Positions 1 through 11,126 of a stretch of DNA of 64,000 bases are shown here, piece after piece. Below the pieces are notes generated by a model. It was not told where the DNA came from. It saw only the letters and a list, made by a program, of their open reading frames with translations, and ran no database searches. Source of the DNA: Lama guanicoe (taxonomy: Eukaryota); NCBI GenBank assembly GCA_013239625.1, contig MU054323.1:12531694-12595693 (forward strand). Direction: 5' to 3'. A program made the translations under genes and the position numbers. Numbering within the stretch: the first letter of the stretch is position 1; the number at the start of each line of letters is the position of its first letter.

Positions 1-327
1 ACTTGGTCAGAGCCGGACACTCTCCAGAGGCCCAGAGCATGGCAATTCGCTGCAGCAGAGTGGACTTCCCTTTGCCTGATTCCCCTTCGATGATACAGGG
101 GCTCTGAAGAGTGTCCAGCAGGCCACTCAGGGTCAGCTGCTCCAGACGGTGATGGTGTTGGTCCTTCCTCCACAGAACAGGTTCTGTGAAGGTTCTTTTC
201 AAATTAAAAATAATGTCAATATCTTCACCCAGGGGATAGAAGTTCAGAAAAGATGGAGTATGGTAAAAGTCCTTTAAATCCTGAGCCAAGACATCTAAGT
301 CGTCTTCTGACATCTGATGAAAAAGAC
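1..327 (-). CDS. NLRC4: NLRC4 NACHT-domain exon, 5' part (continues beyond window start)
   Basis: Manual translation gives (S)[108 protein letters not shown], with Walker A GESGKGKS and no stops. The acceptor cag|GT is at 330-328 and its phase matches the CARD exon. Confidence 0.97.
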
Positions 328-891
328 CTGTTAGAGAAGAGGTTAGGTTAAAGAAGACCAAATTCTGTGTCTCCCCAGAACCTAGAGTTCAGGAGGATGA
401 AGGGAGAGTGATGCTGAGAACCTTCCCTTGGTGACTTTAATTTCTCTCCTCATTTTTGAGCTCGCAGAAAGGGTTCCAAATATTTACTTCTGCTTTTCCC
501 TGTTACCCTTTGCCGTACTTCCCCTTTTGCCTTGTTTCCTCCTTTCCACCACCAAATCTTATAGCAGCTGATTGGAAATCAGAGGAGCCAGAGTTTGGGT
601 TAAGGAAACTATGTGAGAAAAGTGGGGCTATGGCTGAGAATGATGCTCAGGAGTAACTTGTAGCAGATCAAGCCTTAACCATAAAATCTTGTCATGAAAT
701 GACATTAATTAAACATTAATTAAAACCAATCACGAAATAATTGACTGATTTGAAGAAATAAGAACTACATAAACATTTCATGAAAGGCAGAATCATGCTC
801 CTTTAGTCAATCAGACTCTTCACCATGGTACTTGAATCACAGTCAGGGGGCCATTTGTCCACAGATGGGCCTCATCAGACTAAGGACTGTT

Positions 892-1055
892 AGGGGAGGA
901 TATAGCTCAGTGGTAGAGTCCATGCTTAGCATGTGCAAGGTCCTGGGTTCAATCCCCAGTACTTCCACTAAAAAATAAAATAAAGTAAAAAAGTTAATTA
1001 AAAAATACATAAAGAAATATAATAACCTCCCCACCTCCCCCCCAAAAATAAAAAA
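892..1055 (+). mobile_element. tRNA-derived SINE (camelid Vic-1-like)
   Basis: A box TAGCTCAGTGG, B box GGTTCAATCC, AT-rich middle, C-run and A tail. A 16-bp TSD CAGACTAAGGA(C/A)TGTT lies at 876-891 and 1056-1071. Confidence 0.88.
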
Positions 1056-1384
1056 CAGACTAAGGAATGTTGAAAACTACTACTGCATTGACTTTTTTTT
1101 ATCATTATTTTATTAAACAGTACAATTCATCTTATTACTATTTTCACACACACTGTCCACATTCTCACATTAGGTGATAATAGAAATATAACTAAAGTGA
1201 ATTTAAATTATTGCTTAGAAAGAGAGACTACTTAAGAACTAAGTCTGAACACCATGTGTCATTTTGGAAGTTTTCAGGCATTTTCATAAAAAGCAGAAAA
1301 AGATAAATATGTCACCACTAGCTAGTATTATTTAATTCTGCCTAGAAAGTGTCAAGCCCTGAAATAATAAAACTGCATTGACTT

Positions 1385-1561
1385 GTTTTTTTATATTTTA
1401 TATTTTGTTTCATTTGTGAATTTTTTGTTTGGCTGCATTTTAATTTTATTTGAGGGAGCGTAATTATATATATATATTCTTTTAATGGTGGTACTGGGAA
1501 TCGAACCCAGGACCTTGTGCATGCTGAGCACACACTCTACCACTGAGCTATACCGTCCCCC
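1385..1561 (-). mobile_element. tRNA-derived SINE (Vic-1-like)
   Basis: Reverse-complement tRNA-like head at ~1490-1561. A 12-bp TSD CTGCATTGACTT lies at 1373-1384 and 1562-1573. Confidence 0.88.
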
Positions 1562-1686
1562 CTGCATTGACTTCTTAAGTGCCTTCATTGTCCACCCAGT
1601 TTGACTTGAAGTCAGATTATAAAAATAATTTATTCCCTGCCCCTGGAGTTACTCATTTGGCCTCCCCATTGAGTAATTTAGTGGGA

Positions 1687-1715
<29 letters not shown>
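1687..1715. repeat. (GTT)n microsatellite
   Basis: About 9 perfect GTT units. Confidence 0.95.
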
Positions 1716-1717
<2 letters not shown>

Positions 1718-1874
1718 TATTCCTGAGAGTGTCTGAGCTTTTCCTTAACAGGACCAAAGCCCACTACCCAGTGTGATGAGGAGGGAGCGGGGGAAAGGCT
1801 CTGTCATGGGGGTTTTGGATCTTCTTCATGGTTTATTCTATCTGTACAACAGACACAAGCAAACTGATACTCAC

Positions 1875-2135
1875 TAAGACCATGCAAGTCCTGAAACAGA
1901 GGGTAGTTCCACTTTTCAAGGGATTTCAGAAAGAGGTTACAGGCTTCTGAACCCTTCTTCAAAATCATGTGAATGATTCCTCTCGCAGCATCCTGCTCAG
2001 TCTTCTCGCAGCAAATGATGTTTACTTCTTCGTGATTCAGGACATTCCATACAAATAGCTCGTCCACAATTTGCTTTATAACAGTCATTCCCATCCTTTG
2101 AATGAGGACTTGACTGTTCTCCTTCATGAAATTCA
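1875..2135 (-). CDS. NLRC4: NLRC4 CARD-domain exon (261 nt)
   Basis: Acceptor ttag|TG AAT TTC ATG AAG; translation (M)[86 protein letters not shown]; donor A|gtgagt at 1874-1869. Confidence 0.97.
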
Positions 2136-2511
2136 CTAAGGGGAATGGGTGGAAATACACATACTCATTTATTTATTTACATAAAATGTGCACATCAGCA
2201 TCATGTTGCCAGAGAGTTAGGGTCATGCAATTTTTTTCCTTTGGGCTCATCCTGAGTTATGGAGATGCCAAATGGAATTTCAGGGCCTCAAGAAAAGCTC
2301 TGTAAAGCCTTTCATCCCTAACCCCAGTGTCCTTGGTCAGCAAAATGTTTTTTCGTTGGTAATGAAGTAAGGCAAGTAATCTTGTCCCTTGACCTCAAGG
2401 GAGGTCACAGTGGTAAGACTGGGCTTACGAGTAGTGAGCCTTGCATACCGTCTGCTAGTTGCTACCATCTGGGTAACCTTGGCAAATTGCTAAACCTCTT
2501 TGAACCTATTT

Positions 2512-2696
2512 CGGTGCCATGCTGCTAAACGTTGAACATACTGGCTCTCTGAGGTTAAAGGCCCAAATTCATAGCATGTACCAATCTTCATGTTATAGTA
2601 TTTCCACTGTGGCCAATTTCAAGCTAACAATATATGTCAACTGGCTAACAAAAATCACAAAAATTCAACCATCAGTTCTCACCAAAACAGTAAGAA
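2512..2696. mobile_element. hAT DNA-transposon fossil (MER63-like) inside a MIR, truncated at the NUMT junction
   Basis: Terminal ...GCTGCTAAACGTTGAACATACTGGCTCTC and internal GGCCAATTTCAAGCTAACAA resemble MER63. MIR core (GGTAACCTTGGCAAATTGCTAAACCTCT) lies to the left and resumes at ~3463 (CCTTATCTGTACAATGG). Confidence 0.55.
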
Positions 2697-3024
2697 TCGT
2701 GGGGGTTTCTATACCGGAACTTTACCAGGCATCTGGTTCTTACTTCAGGACCATCTCACCTAAAATCGCCCACACTTTCCTCTTAAATAAGACATCTCGA
2801 TGGACCAATGACTAATCAGCCCATGCTCACACATAACTGTGGTGTCATGCATTTGGTATTTTTATAATTTTAAGGGAGGTAACTTGCAAGGACTCCACTA
2901 TAGCTGTCTGAGGCCCCGATGCAGTCAAATCAATTGAAGCTGGACTTGAATGAACATCATTTACCCGCATCAGTAAACCATAAGGTGTTATTCAGTCAAT
3001 GGTTACAGGACATAGTTCGAATTT

Positions 3025-3100
3025 ACACCCACATACATCCACGTACACGTATGTACATCTAAGTACACCTACGTACACCCACGTACACGTACGTACACGT
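3025..3100 (+). repeat. Control-region decamer tandem array (ACGTACAC[CG][CT]) within the NUMT
   Basis: About 7-8 degenerate 10-bp units between CSB1 and CSB2. Confidence 0.85.
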
Positions 3101-3420
3101 TAAGCAAGTAATTAGCTTGCTTAAACAAACCCCCCTTAACTCCCACAAGTTCTACCCTCTACGCACCAGATAGTCCTGCCAAACCCCAAAAACAAGACAT
3201 AGCATATAAGCTAATAGAACCCAGACAAACCCTATACATGGAACTTAATTACCTAAGTGGCAACACAGCCGTATCCTACCAATGTGCTACTTAGATATAT
3301 TCAAAATATATAGACAGCTATCTCCCTAGATCTGCCAAAATTTTTAAAACAAAATTCAACAACTATTTTTAACGGGCCCCTATGTCATTTTAATGTCATC
3401 CCGAATCTGATATATAGCCT

Positions 3421-3462
3421 GTTATTGTAGCTGAAACTTAAAGCGAGGTGCTGAGAATGCCT
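3421..3462 (+). pseudogene. Truncated mitochondrial tRNA-Phe pseudogene (part of the NUMT)
   Basis: GTTATTGTAGCTGAAACTTAAAGCGAGGTGCTGAGAATGCCT is mt tRNA-Phe-like; the anticodon loop reads GAG rather than GAA and the 3' half is missing. Confidence 0.8.
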
Positions 3463-4521
3463 CTTGTCTCCTTATCTGTACAATGGAGTTGAGAACAGTA
3501 TTTTACTTATGAAGTTGTAATGAGAATTCATGAATAGTATTTCATACAAAAGTTGGCTCAATACATGTTAGCTACTATTTATAGCCATTATCCTTCTGTC
3601 ACCTCTCAAAGGAGTAGTACATTTTATCCCCCTTAGAATTTAATCTTTTCTGAAGAGTATCACTGCGAAACAGTTGTCTGTATTCAGTGTAAGCTCTCTT
3701 ACCTCTCACAGTGAGGTTCCCTAGAGAAGCTGCCTCTGTGTCTGACTGTCCAAGATTTAACTCTCCCAGGCAGTCCCTGACAGTGCGGAGACTTGGCTCC
3801 CTGGTGTTGTACACTCAGACACTGTCTGCACCAGTTTCTTCCAAGGCTAGGCTGCTCCTGGTTTTCAAATCTTTCTTGATTCAGCCAAGTGGATGTCTAC
3901 TCACAAATGCCCCGAGGCTTCCCTCATCTGAAATGCATGCACATCAGGCATTCAGACCCCCAGGGCCCCAGCCCAGGTCCCCTTCCTCTCTGTTGCAGAT
4001 CCCTGCTACTCACCTCAGCTGCAATGTTACCATATCCCCATCTGCACGGCCCGTCAGGCATTCTCATCTCTCTCTCTCTGCGATCTCATCTGTTCTCTTG
4101 GCTTCTACATCCTCTCTATGGAGACAACTTCTAAGTCTGGTTCTAGTCACTATCTTCATTTCACAGCTGAAGAAATGTCGCCTCAGAAAGACCTAGAGAC
4201 CACCACCACAAGATCACAAGACTAGCCCTTCAAAGGCAACAGTTCTTCAGCTGTAAAATTAAGATACCAACACTTTAACTATTTAAAAGACTCATGAACA
4301 AGACTGAATAAAGTCACATAAGTCACAGACATACAATATTTTAAAATTTGAAAAGTGCACTGCTGTGTAACTCTAGGATGTTCATATTACTAACCATGTA
4401 TATCTCCCTGTGTGTGGGCTACCATACTCCTCTCTTATCAAGTAATTAGATGAAAACCATGCTGCTCATTCATTCATTCATTCATTCAGTATTCATTCTT
4501 ATCAGAATCTCTCTGTTTAGA

Positions 4522-4740
4522 CTAGTGCTGTGCAGGAGAATTTTCTAAGATGATGAACATGTTCTATATGTGCTCTGCCCAGTAGTGTAGCCATTAGACA
4601 CATGTGGCTACTGAACACTTGAAACGTCGCTAGTGTGAATGTGTAATTGAATTTTAAATTTTATTTTATTTTTGTTTATTTAAATTCACATTTAAATAGA
4701 TACATATGGCTACTGATACTAATTACATTGGATAGCACAG
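4522..4740. mobile_element. MER3-like hAT-Charlie element
   Basis: Motifs TAGCCATTAGACACATGTGGCTACTGAACACTTGAAA and terminal TTGGATAGCACAG; similar to the copy at 48667. Confidence 0.7.
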
Positions 4741-5118
4741 TCTACACCAAGTCTACAACAAGAGTTACATTTTGGCTGCCACTTAGATCTACATCATGTT
4801 TCTTCACAATGATCTTGACAGGTATAGCTCTCTGCTATCTGACTGGGAAGATAAGACTGAATAGGTGATGGCAGGGGGCCAATATTTTAAAACACACACC
4901 TGGTTACTCTTTGTGAAAGTCGTAGCCTATCTGTAGTTCTGCCATTTATCACAGGCTGCCATTTTTATAACTGAATTCTCAAAACCACGGAAGAATATTT
5001 GATGGGAATTCCACATATAACTGATCAGAGGAAGGCATGAACTGATTTTCCGTTCAACATCATCCAGTTTTGGTAATACACTACATAATCAGGTAGATTT
5101 TATTTCCAGTATACTTAC

Positions 5119-5234
5119 TTGTTCTGAATAAAAGCTTTCCAATTTTCTATATCTCAATAGACAATATTATTTCCAAATAGACAGGTCAAAGATGACTCCA
5201 ATATTGTCCTCTTTCTCTAAAATGTTTCCTTATT
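5119..5234 (-). other. NLRC4: NLRC4 5'UTR exon; its last base (5119) is the A of the split ATG start codon
   Basis: Polypyrimidine tract and ttacag acceptor at 5240-5235; donor CAGAACAA|gtaagt at 5118-5113. Joining to the CARD exon gives ACAA|TG AAT TTC, matching my recollection of the mammalian NLRC4 mRNA context. Confidence 0.85.
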
Positions 5235-5414
5235 CTGTAAAACCAACAAAACAGAACCAGAAACTATCAGGCAGCAACCATTGTCACTTTCGTATTTATT
5301 CTTTTCTTCCACACTAAAAAAAATAGCTATACATAACGTTTGACATCTGTTTTTTTTCATATACTATATTTTTGAGACCTTTCTATATCAGTTAAGTATT
5401 AAACTGCCTCATTT

Positions 5415-7400
5415 AAAAAATCAGTTTCATTGAGGTATAATTTACATGGAATAACATGCAAAGAGCTTTGACAAATATATACACCCAAGTTGGTAATACC
5501 CTTGTTAGGATTTAGATATTCCCATCACTGTGGAAATTTCCCTTATGCCTCTTTATAGTTCGTTCCTCCTATTCCCCATCAAAGCAACCACTGATCTGAA
5601 TTCTTTAAATATAAATTGGTTTAGCCTGTTCTGGAAGTTCATGTAAGTGGACAAATGTAGTATGTACTCTTGTCTGGTTCCTTTCACTTACTATCATGCT
5701 TTTGAGATTTGCTTTGTTTGCAGGTGTTGGTAATTCAGTCCTTTTTATGGCTGAGCATTATTTCATTGTAGGAACAGATCGATCTGCTTACCAGTTCTCC
5801 TGTTGATGGATGTTTGATTTGTTTCCAGTTTTTTGGCTATCATGAATAAAGCTTCTATGAACATTCATGTAAGTATCTTTGTGGACATATGTTTTCATTT
5901 CTACTAGGTAAATACATAGAAATGGAATTTCTGGGTCATATGGTGAATGTATGTTAATTTTATAGATAGTGCCAAACTGTTTTTCGAAGTGGTTATATCA
6001 TTTTACATGCCTACCAGCAGATAAAATCGAAAGTTCCAGCATTTGGCATTATCTTTTAACTTTAGTCATTCTAATGAGTGGTTAGTGGTATCTCATTTTA
6101 TAGTTTTAATTTTCATTTTCTTGATTTCTAATGATGTTGAGCATCTTTTCACGTATTTTATTGTTCATTTATAAATCTTTTGTGAAGTGTCTGGACAAAT
6201 CTTTTGTCTATTCTACAAATTGGGTTGTCTTTTCATTATTGACTTTTAAGAGTTTTTCATAGATTCAAGATGCAAGTTTTTTTGTCAGATATATGTATTG
6301 TGACTAGTTTCTCATCATCTGTGGTGGTTTTGATTGTTCCTGGGATTTAATTTATCGAAAGAACTGAGTGACAAAATGGAAAGGTCAATGCCAGTGAAAG
6401 AAGTTTTATTACTTACAGTTCCCGAGGAGGGCCTGCTGTGTCACACAGGGCCACCTGGGGCCTCATAGGAAAGAACCAGAGTTGATCAGGAGGCAGAAAA
6501 GGAGAAAGCTTAGCCCGGAGCCTCTAAATGGTTATCATAGGAAGGAATGGATGAGGCAGAGTAGGCGTGTTTGAACTACTTTAAGATTGGATAGTTTGAG
6601 TAATTTCAGCAGACTCTGAGCTATAAGGGTGGCCCAGGAGAGATTTAGGGCAGGGGAAATATTGGCTTGGTGTGCGAGAGTTCAATAAAGTTGGTGATTG
6701 GGGATAGGGTCTTTGAATCGGTTGGTTTAGATATATAAAAGTCACATTCATAGGTAGTTTTTTTTTTTTTCCCTAGGAATTAGCTAGCCCTGGTAGGGGC
6801 AGTCTCTTCTGGCCAGCAAAGCCCCAAGATATCAAAACATCATAAAATATAGAAAATGAAAACATGATTAATACAATGGTTTGCTTTTTATTCTTTTGCA
6901 TCTTTTGAAGAGCAAAACATTTTCATTTTTATGAAGTCCAACTTACTAATTTTTTTCCTCTCTGATTTATGCTATTTGTGTCCTGTCTACAAAATCATTG
7001 TTATCCTGAGTCACAAAAATTTTCAACTAAGTTTTCTTCTAGAGGTTTTATAGTTTTAGCTTTTACATTTAGGCCATTGATCCATTTTGAGCTAATTTTT
7101 GTTTATGATGTTAGATAAGGAGTTGAGGTTCATCTTTTCCTCACAGGCATACCAGTTTTTCAATCATGATTGGTTAGGAAGAATATCTTTTACTCATTGA
7201 ATTTATGAATCTACTTCTGGACTCTATTCTCTTCCACTGATTTATGTCTATCCTTATGCCAATATCACACTGTCTTGTTTATTCTATCCTTATAGTAAGT
7301 CTTGAAATCTGGTAGTTTAAATTCTTTAATTTTCCTCTTTTTCAGAATTGTTTGCATTTCCATATAAATTTTAAAATAAGTTTATTAATTTCTATTTAAA
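5415..7400 (-). mobile_element. Old L1M 3' region, interrupted by an LTR-like insert
   Basis: Typical antisense L1 text (TTGAGGTATAATTTACA, CTATGAACATTCATGT, TGATGTTGAGCATCTTTTCA, TTGATCCATTTTGAGCTAATTTTTGT). Confidence 0.8.
6325..6875. mobile_element. Probable ERV solo LTR inserted in L1
   Basis: A ~550-bp non-L1 block ending ...TAATACA; L1 sequence resumes directly after it. Confidence 0.55.
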
Positions 7401-7409
7401 AAAAATTTT

Positions 7410-7990
7410 TTGGCTTCTGATTTCTGGTCTGGCAGGCAGGGAAGTTGTAACTCCATCCTAACATCAAGTAAAAAGCTGAATAAACTGAAAATGAACAACT
7501 CTTATATCTATCAGAGAATTGAAGTCACAGGGCAAACTGCTGCCCCCAAATGGAAGAGACAGGCAGCTACAAAATCACTACTTATTGGAGCAGAAAACCC
7601 ACAAGGAGCAGACACTCCTGTGAGGGACCAGTATCCAGGTAGGAAACCGTAAATTAATTGACCAATTCCTAGAGGGTCAGTGTGGACAAGTCTGACAGAT
7701 GAAATCACCAGGAGGGGCCAGTCTTAGGAAGACCCCCATGCTTGTGTGAGTTTTACCTCCAGGAGCCCTAGCAAATTCTCATAGTGAAGAGCAGAGAAAA
7801 ATACTCTTGCTTCCAGCAAGGGGAGGGAGAAAGTAATCATTTCGAAATATGCCCAGAACATTCTATATTTCCTCACAATGCCTGACCTCAGCATCAATTA
7901 CTTTATCAGAGTCTCACCTACTGGGATATTAACAGAGCCCAACTGACCCAGGAGAGGGAAATACCCCACTGTATCCTCTGCTAGCTTTAC
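7410..7990 (+). mobile_element. Probable old L1 5'-region fragment
   Basis: Resembles ancient L1M 5' ends (AAAAAGCTGAATAAACTGAAAA...GTCACAGGGCAAACTGCTGCCCCCAAA). Confidence 0.45.
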
Positions 7991-8499
7991 ACCTGAGGGA
8001 GTGTTTATTTAATTTACTAAAGAGACATTTAAAAGTCATTAGAATCAATTCCCAAGTAAAAAGGCAAGGGCATAGATTGTAGTAAAATCAATCAAGTTCT
8101 GGATATAATGTGAAATAGAATATTTATGAATTTCTGTTAAACTTATCCTTATGTTTAAGACTTAATAACTATTTTTTATTTGATACCTCATGTGAAAGAA
8201 ACTTTTTGAAATTAAAATTTTTAAAAAGTCTTCTTCAACTGTGATCAAAGATATATTGACAATTCTGGCAAGACTGTCTATTGAACACAAATATGCAAAA
8301 TGATCAGTTTGCTAAAGTCATTGACAAAGTTGCAGAAGGTAAGGATTGAGAAAGTGTATTATTAATTATTACTATGCTGGACTAATATGTAAGAATAAGT
8401 TTTTCCCTTTTTATACTGTGATATTTACTCTATTTATTTATTTATTTTACTGCATGATTATACAGACATGAAGTTCAATAAAATAAAATTGTTACTATA

Positions 8500-9375
8500 A
8501 AACAACACCAGATTCAAAAATGGACAAAGAATTTAAATAGACATGTCTCCAAAGAAGATACACAAATGGCCAACAAGCACATGAAAAGATGCTTAATATC
8601 ACTAATCACTAGGGAAATGCAGATCAAAACCACAATGAGATATCACCTCGAACCCATTAGAATGACTACTATTAAAAACAAAAACAGAGAATAACAAATG
8701 TTGGCAAGGATGTGGAGAAACTGGAACTCTGCACTTTGGTAGGAATGTAAAATGGTGCAGCTGTTATAGAATATAATTCTTCAGAAAATTTAAAATAGAA
8801 TTACTGTATGATCCCACAGTTTCACTTTCGGGAAATACCCAAAAAATTTAAAGCAAGGTCTTGAAGAGATATTTGTACATCTGTATTCATAGTAGCATTA
8901 TTCATGACAGTCAAAAGGTAGCAGCAACCCAAGTGATAATCAGTGGATGAATGGATAAACAAGATGTGATATATATATATACATATATATATATATGACG
9001 GAATATTATTCAGTTTTAAGGAAGGAAGTCCTGTCATAAGCTACCATATGGACGAAACTTGAAGACATTGTGCTAAGTGAAATAAGCTAGTCAGAAAAAG
9101 ATGAATACTGTATGTTTTAACTTATATTAAATATCTAGAATAGCCAAATTCATAGAAACAGAAAATAGAATGGTGGTCACCCAGGGGCTATGAGGAAGAG
9201 AAAATGAGGAACTGCTGCTTAATGGATACAGACTTTCAATTTTGCAAGATGCAGAAGTTCTGGAGATTGTACAACAATGTGAATACACCTACTGCTACTG
9301 AGCTATACACTTGAAAATGGTTAAGATGGTAAATTTCATGTTACATGCATTTTACCACAATTAAAATTTAAGAAG
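8500..9375 (+). mobile_element. L1M ORF2 3' end and 3'UTR
   Basis: CAAATGGCCAACAAGCACATGAAAAGATGCT...AAAACCACAATGAGATATCACCTC...AAAATGGTTAAGATGGTAAATTT; contains a (TA)n tract near 8968. Confidence 0.88.
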
Positions 9376-11126
9376 AAAAGAAAATTGTCACTGTCTGAGT
9401 TTCTTTCCTAGCCATTACTATTGTTAACTTTGTTATATGATTATTATTGAAAATACAATTATATAAAGGAAGGAGGTGTTCGAAATGATTTATTTAAATG
9501 TCAAATACGCTCGGTATACCGAGCCAAGATACAAACAGTCATGCTTTTAGGGCCAAGCTTTGTATCACTGGACAAATAAATGAGATTTAAATGAAACTTC
9601 TTCTTAAATGGCTAATGGATGGGGTACCAAAGAACTGGGCCCCAGCGTGTCTGTGTGATGAGCCAGAGGCTCTGAGGCTTTCAGAGATGAGACAAGCAAG
9701 AAAAGCTGTCAGAGGAAGAAAGAGCATTTTCTAGGGCAGTTTTTTAAACTGGTGAACTCATTAGCAGGTCATGATATCAATTTAAGTGTGTTACAATTAG
9801 TATATTCTAAAAAAGCAAAATAGAATTAAAACTCTCGGAATGCACTGTCTTTTTTCATGTTTCAGTTATTTCTGCATCCTGGCACTGGGTAGTGATGTCA
9901 GATGAATTTCTTATTATGCAAGCAGATGAAGCAGCAGAGGGAAGGAGCCATGGGGTAAAGAGTCTGAAAATGAAGACTGGGACAACTCAGTGAGTGCCAA
10001 GATTGAGTTCAAATTCCAGCTCTACCACCGACGGGCTGAGAGTCCTTAATCAAGGGATGGTGACTGGTACATGGAAAGAATAGCAGCTACTTGAGTTTCT
10101 TTCCTCCCTTTCCACCCACTCCCCTAAAAATGGGAGGAATCAGACCTTCCTTGACTGGGTCAGAGCTTAAGTGAGAACAGAAAAAAGAGGAAGAAGATAG
10201 AGGAAGGAGCTGAGAAGTTGTTTATATTCACATGCAAACTGAATAAACCAATCCCAGAGTTAGCCCTCCAGTCACTTTGTCTGCTATAATAATAAATTAA
10301 AATTGCTACATGGATCATCAAGCAGGAATCTCAGCTGATTCTGAAGATGCTCAAAATTCATATTCCGTTTGGATACTGAATAGTCTTCCTACCCACAGAG
10401 AAGACGTCTGTGACTAGATCAGGGAACAAAGTCAGAGATCGGTGACTAGTTCCTAGTTGCTCTCAAGAATAAAATCATCCTGTAATCTGAAACTCAGGTA
10501 GTCTACTGTCAGTTACCCACTGGCATAAAGGACAAGGCTGTGGCCAGTTTTCTCCCCTAGACGGTGGCTATGGCTCTGAACACCTTCCCCACCCCCACTC
10601 TTAAGCAAGATGTCCAGTGAATAATTGAGTCACGTGGAAGAAGTCCTTTTCCTATATTTGTGCTTTGGAAAATAATTTTTAGAACTAATTCTAAAAAATG
10701 AATATTTCTTCAAAACAGTTACATGCGTTCCTTAGAGAACTAGAGTTCTTCAGGACCATAAAACCCACATCTATGGAGTCATGCCTACAACAAATGAGAG
10801 AAATTTATATATATATAATGGGAGCAGAGAGGCAGCACACAAAAGTGGAAAATGTGTGTGAGCTTCGTCATTGCAGTCCTGAATTCAAAGCCTCATTCTG
10901 CTGCTAATTAGATGGTACCCTTCCTGAGTCTTGCTTTCTTCATCTGAAACACTGACATGAATAATACCTACTGCCTAAGACTGTTGTGAAGATTCACCGA
11001 GAAAGCAGTTGAGACAGACATGGCCAGTGGGCATTATCTGTCTCCCTTTCTAGTAAAAGGGCTCTAAACTAGAATGGTCTAAGATCTCCAACAGACTCCA
11101 GCAATCTCACTTATTATTGTTACTAT

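Larger units (their letters stand above)
2697..3462 (+). pseudogene. NUMT: mitochondrial control region (central domain, CSB1-3, tandem array) plus the 5' part of tRNA-Phe
   Basis: Central conserved domain GGCATCTGGTTCTTACTTCAGG...CTTAAATAAGACATCTCGATGG...CATTTGGTATTTTT; CSB1 at 2989-3014; CSB2-like at 3126-3144; CSB3 TGCCAAACCCCAAAAAC at 3177-3193; then tRNA-Phe, in mtDNA order. Confidence 0.96.

Noticed and set aside
892..965. tRNA genes (also at ~1490, ~24372, ~35131 and ~60448)
   Set aside because: Each has an A-rich tail, most have TSDs, and the cloverleaf is degenerate, so these are SINE heads, not tRNAs.
1804..2160. 118-aa ORF taken as a stand-alone CARD-only gene
   Set aside because: Its ends are intronic read-through. 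Canonical splice sites bound 1875-2135 and link in phase to the NACHT exon.
3025..3100. CRISPR-like or novel repeat array
   Set aside because: No spacers; it is the mitochondrial control-region VNTR inside a NUMT.
3711..4196. 161-aa plus-strand ORF antisense to NLRC4
   Set aside because: Non-ATG start, low-complexity S/P/L-rich composition, no recognisable domain, and it appears to end in MIR-like sequence.
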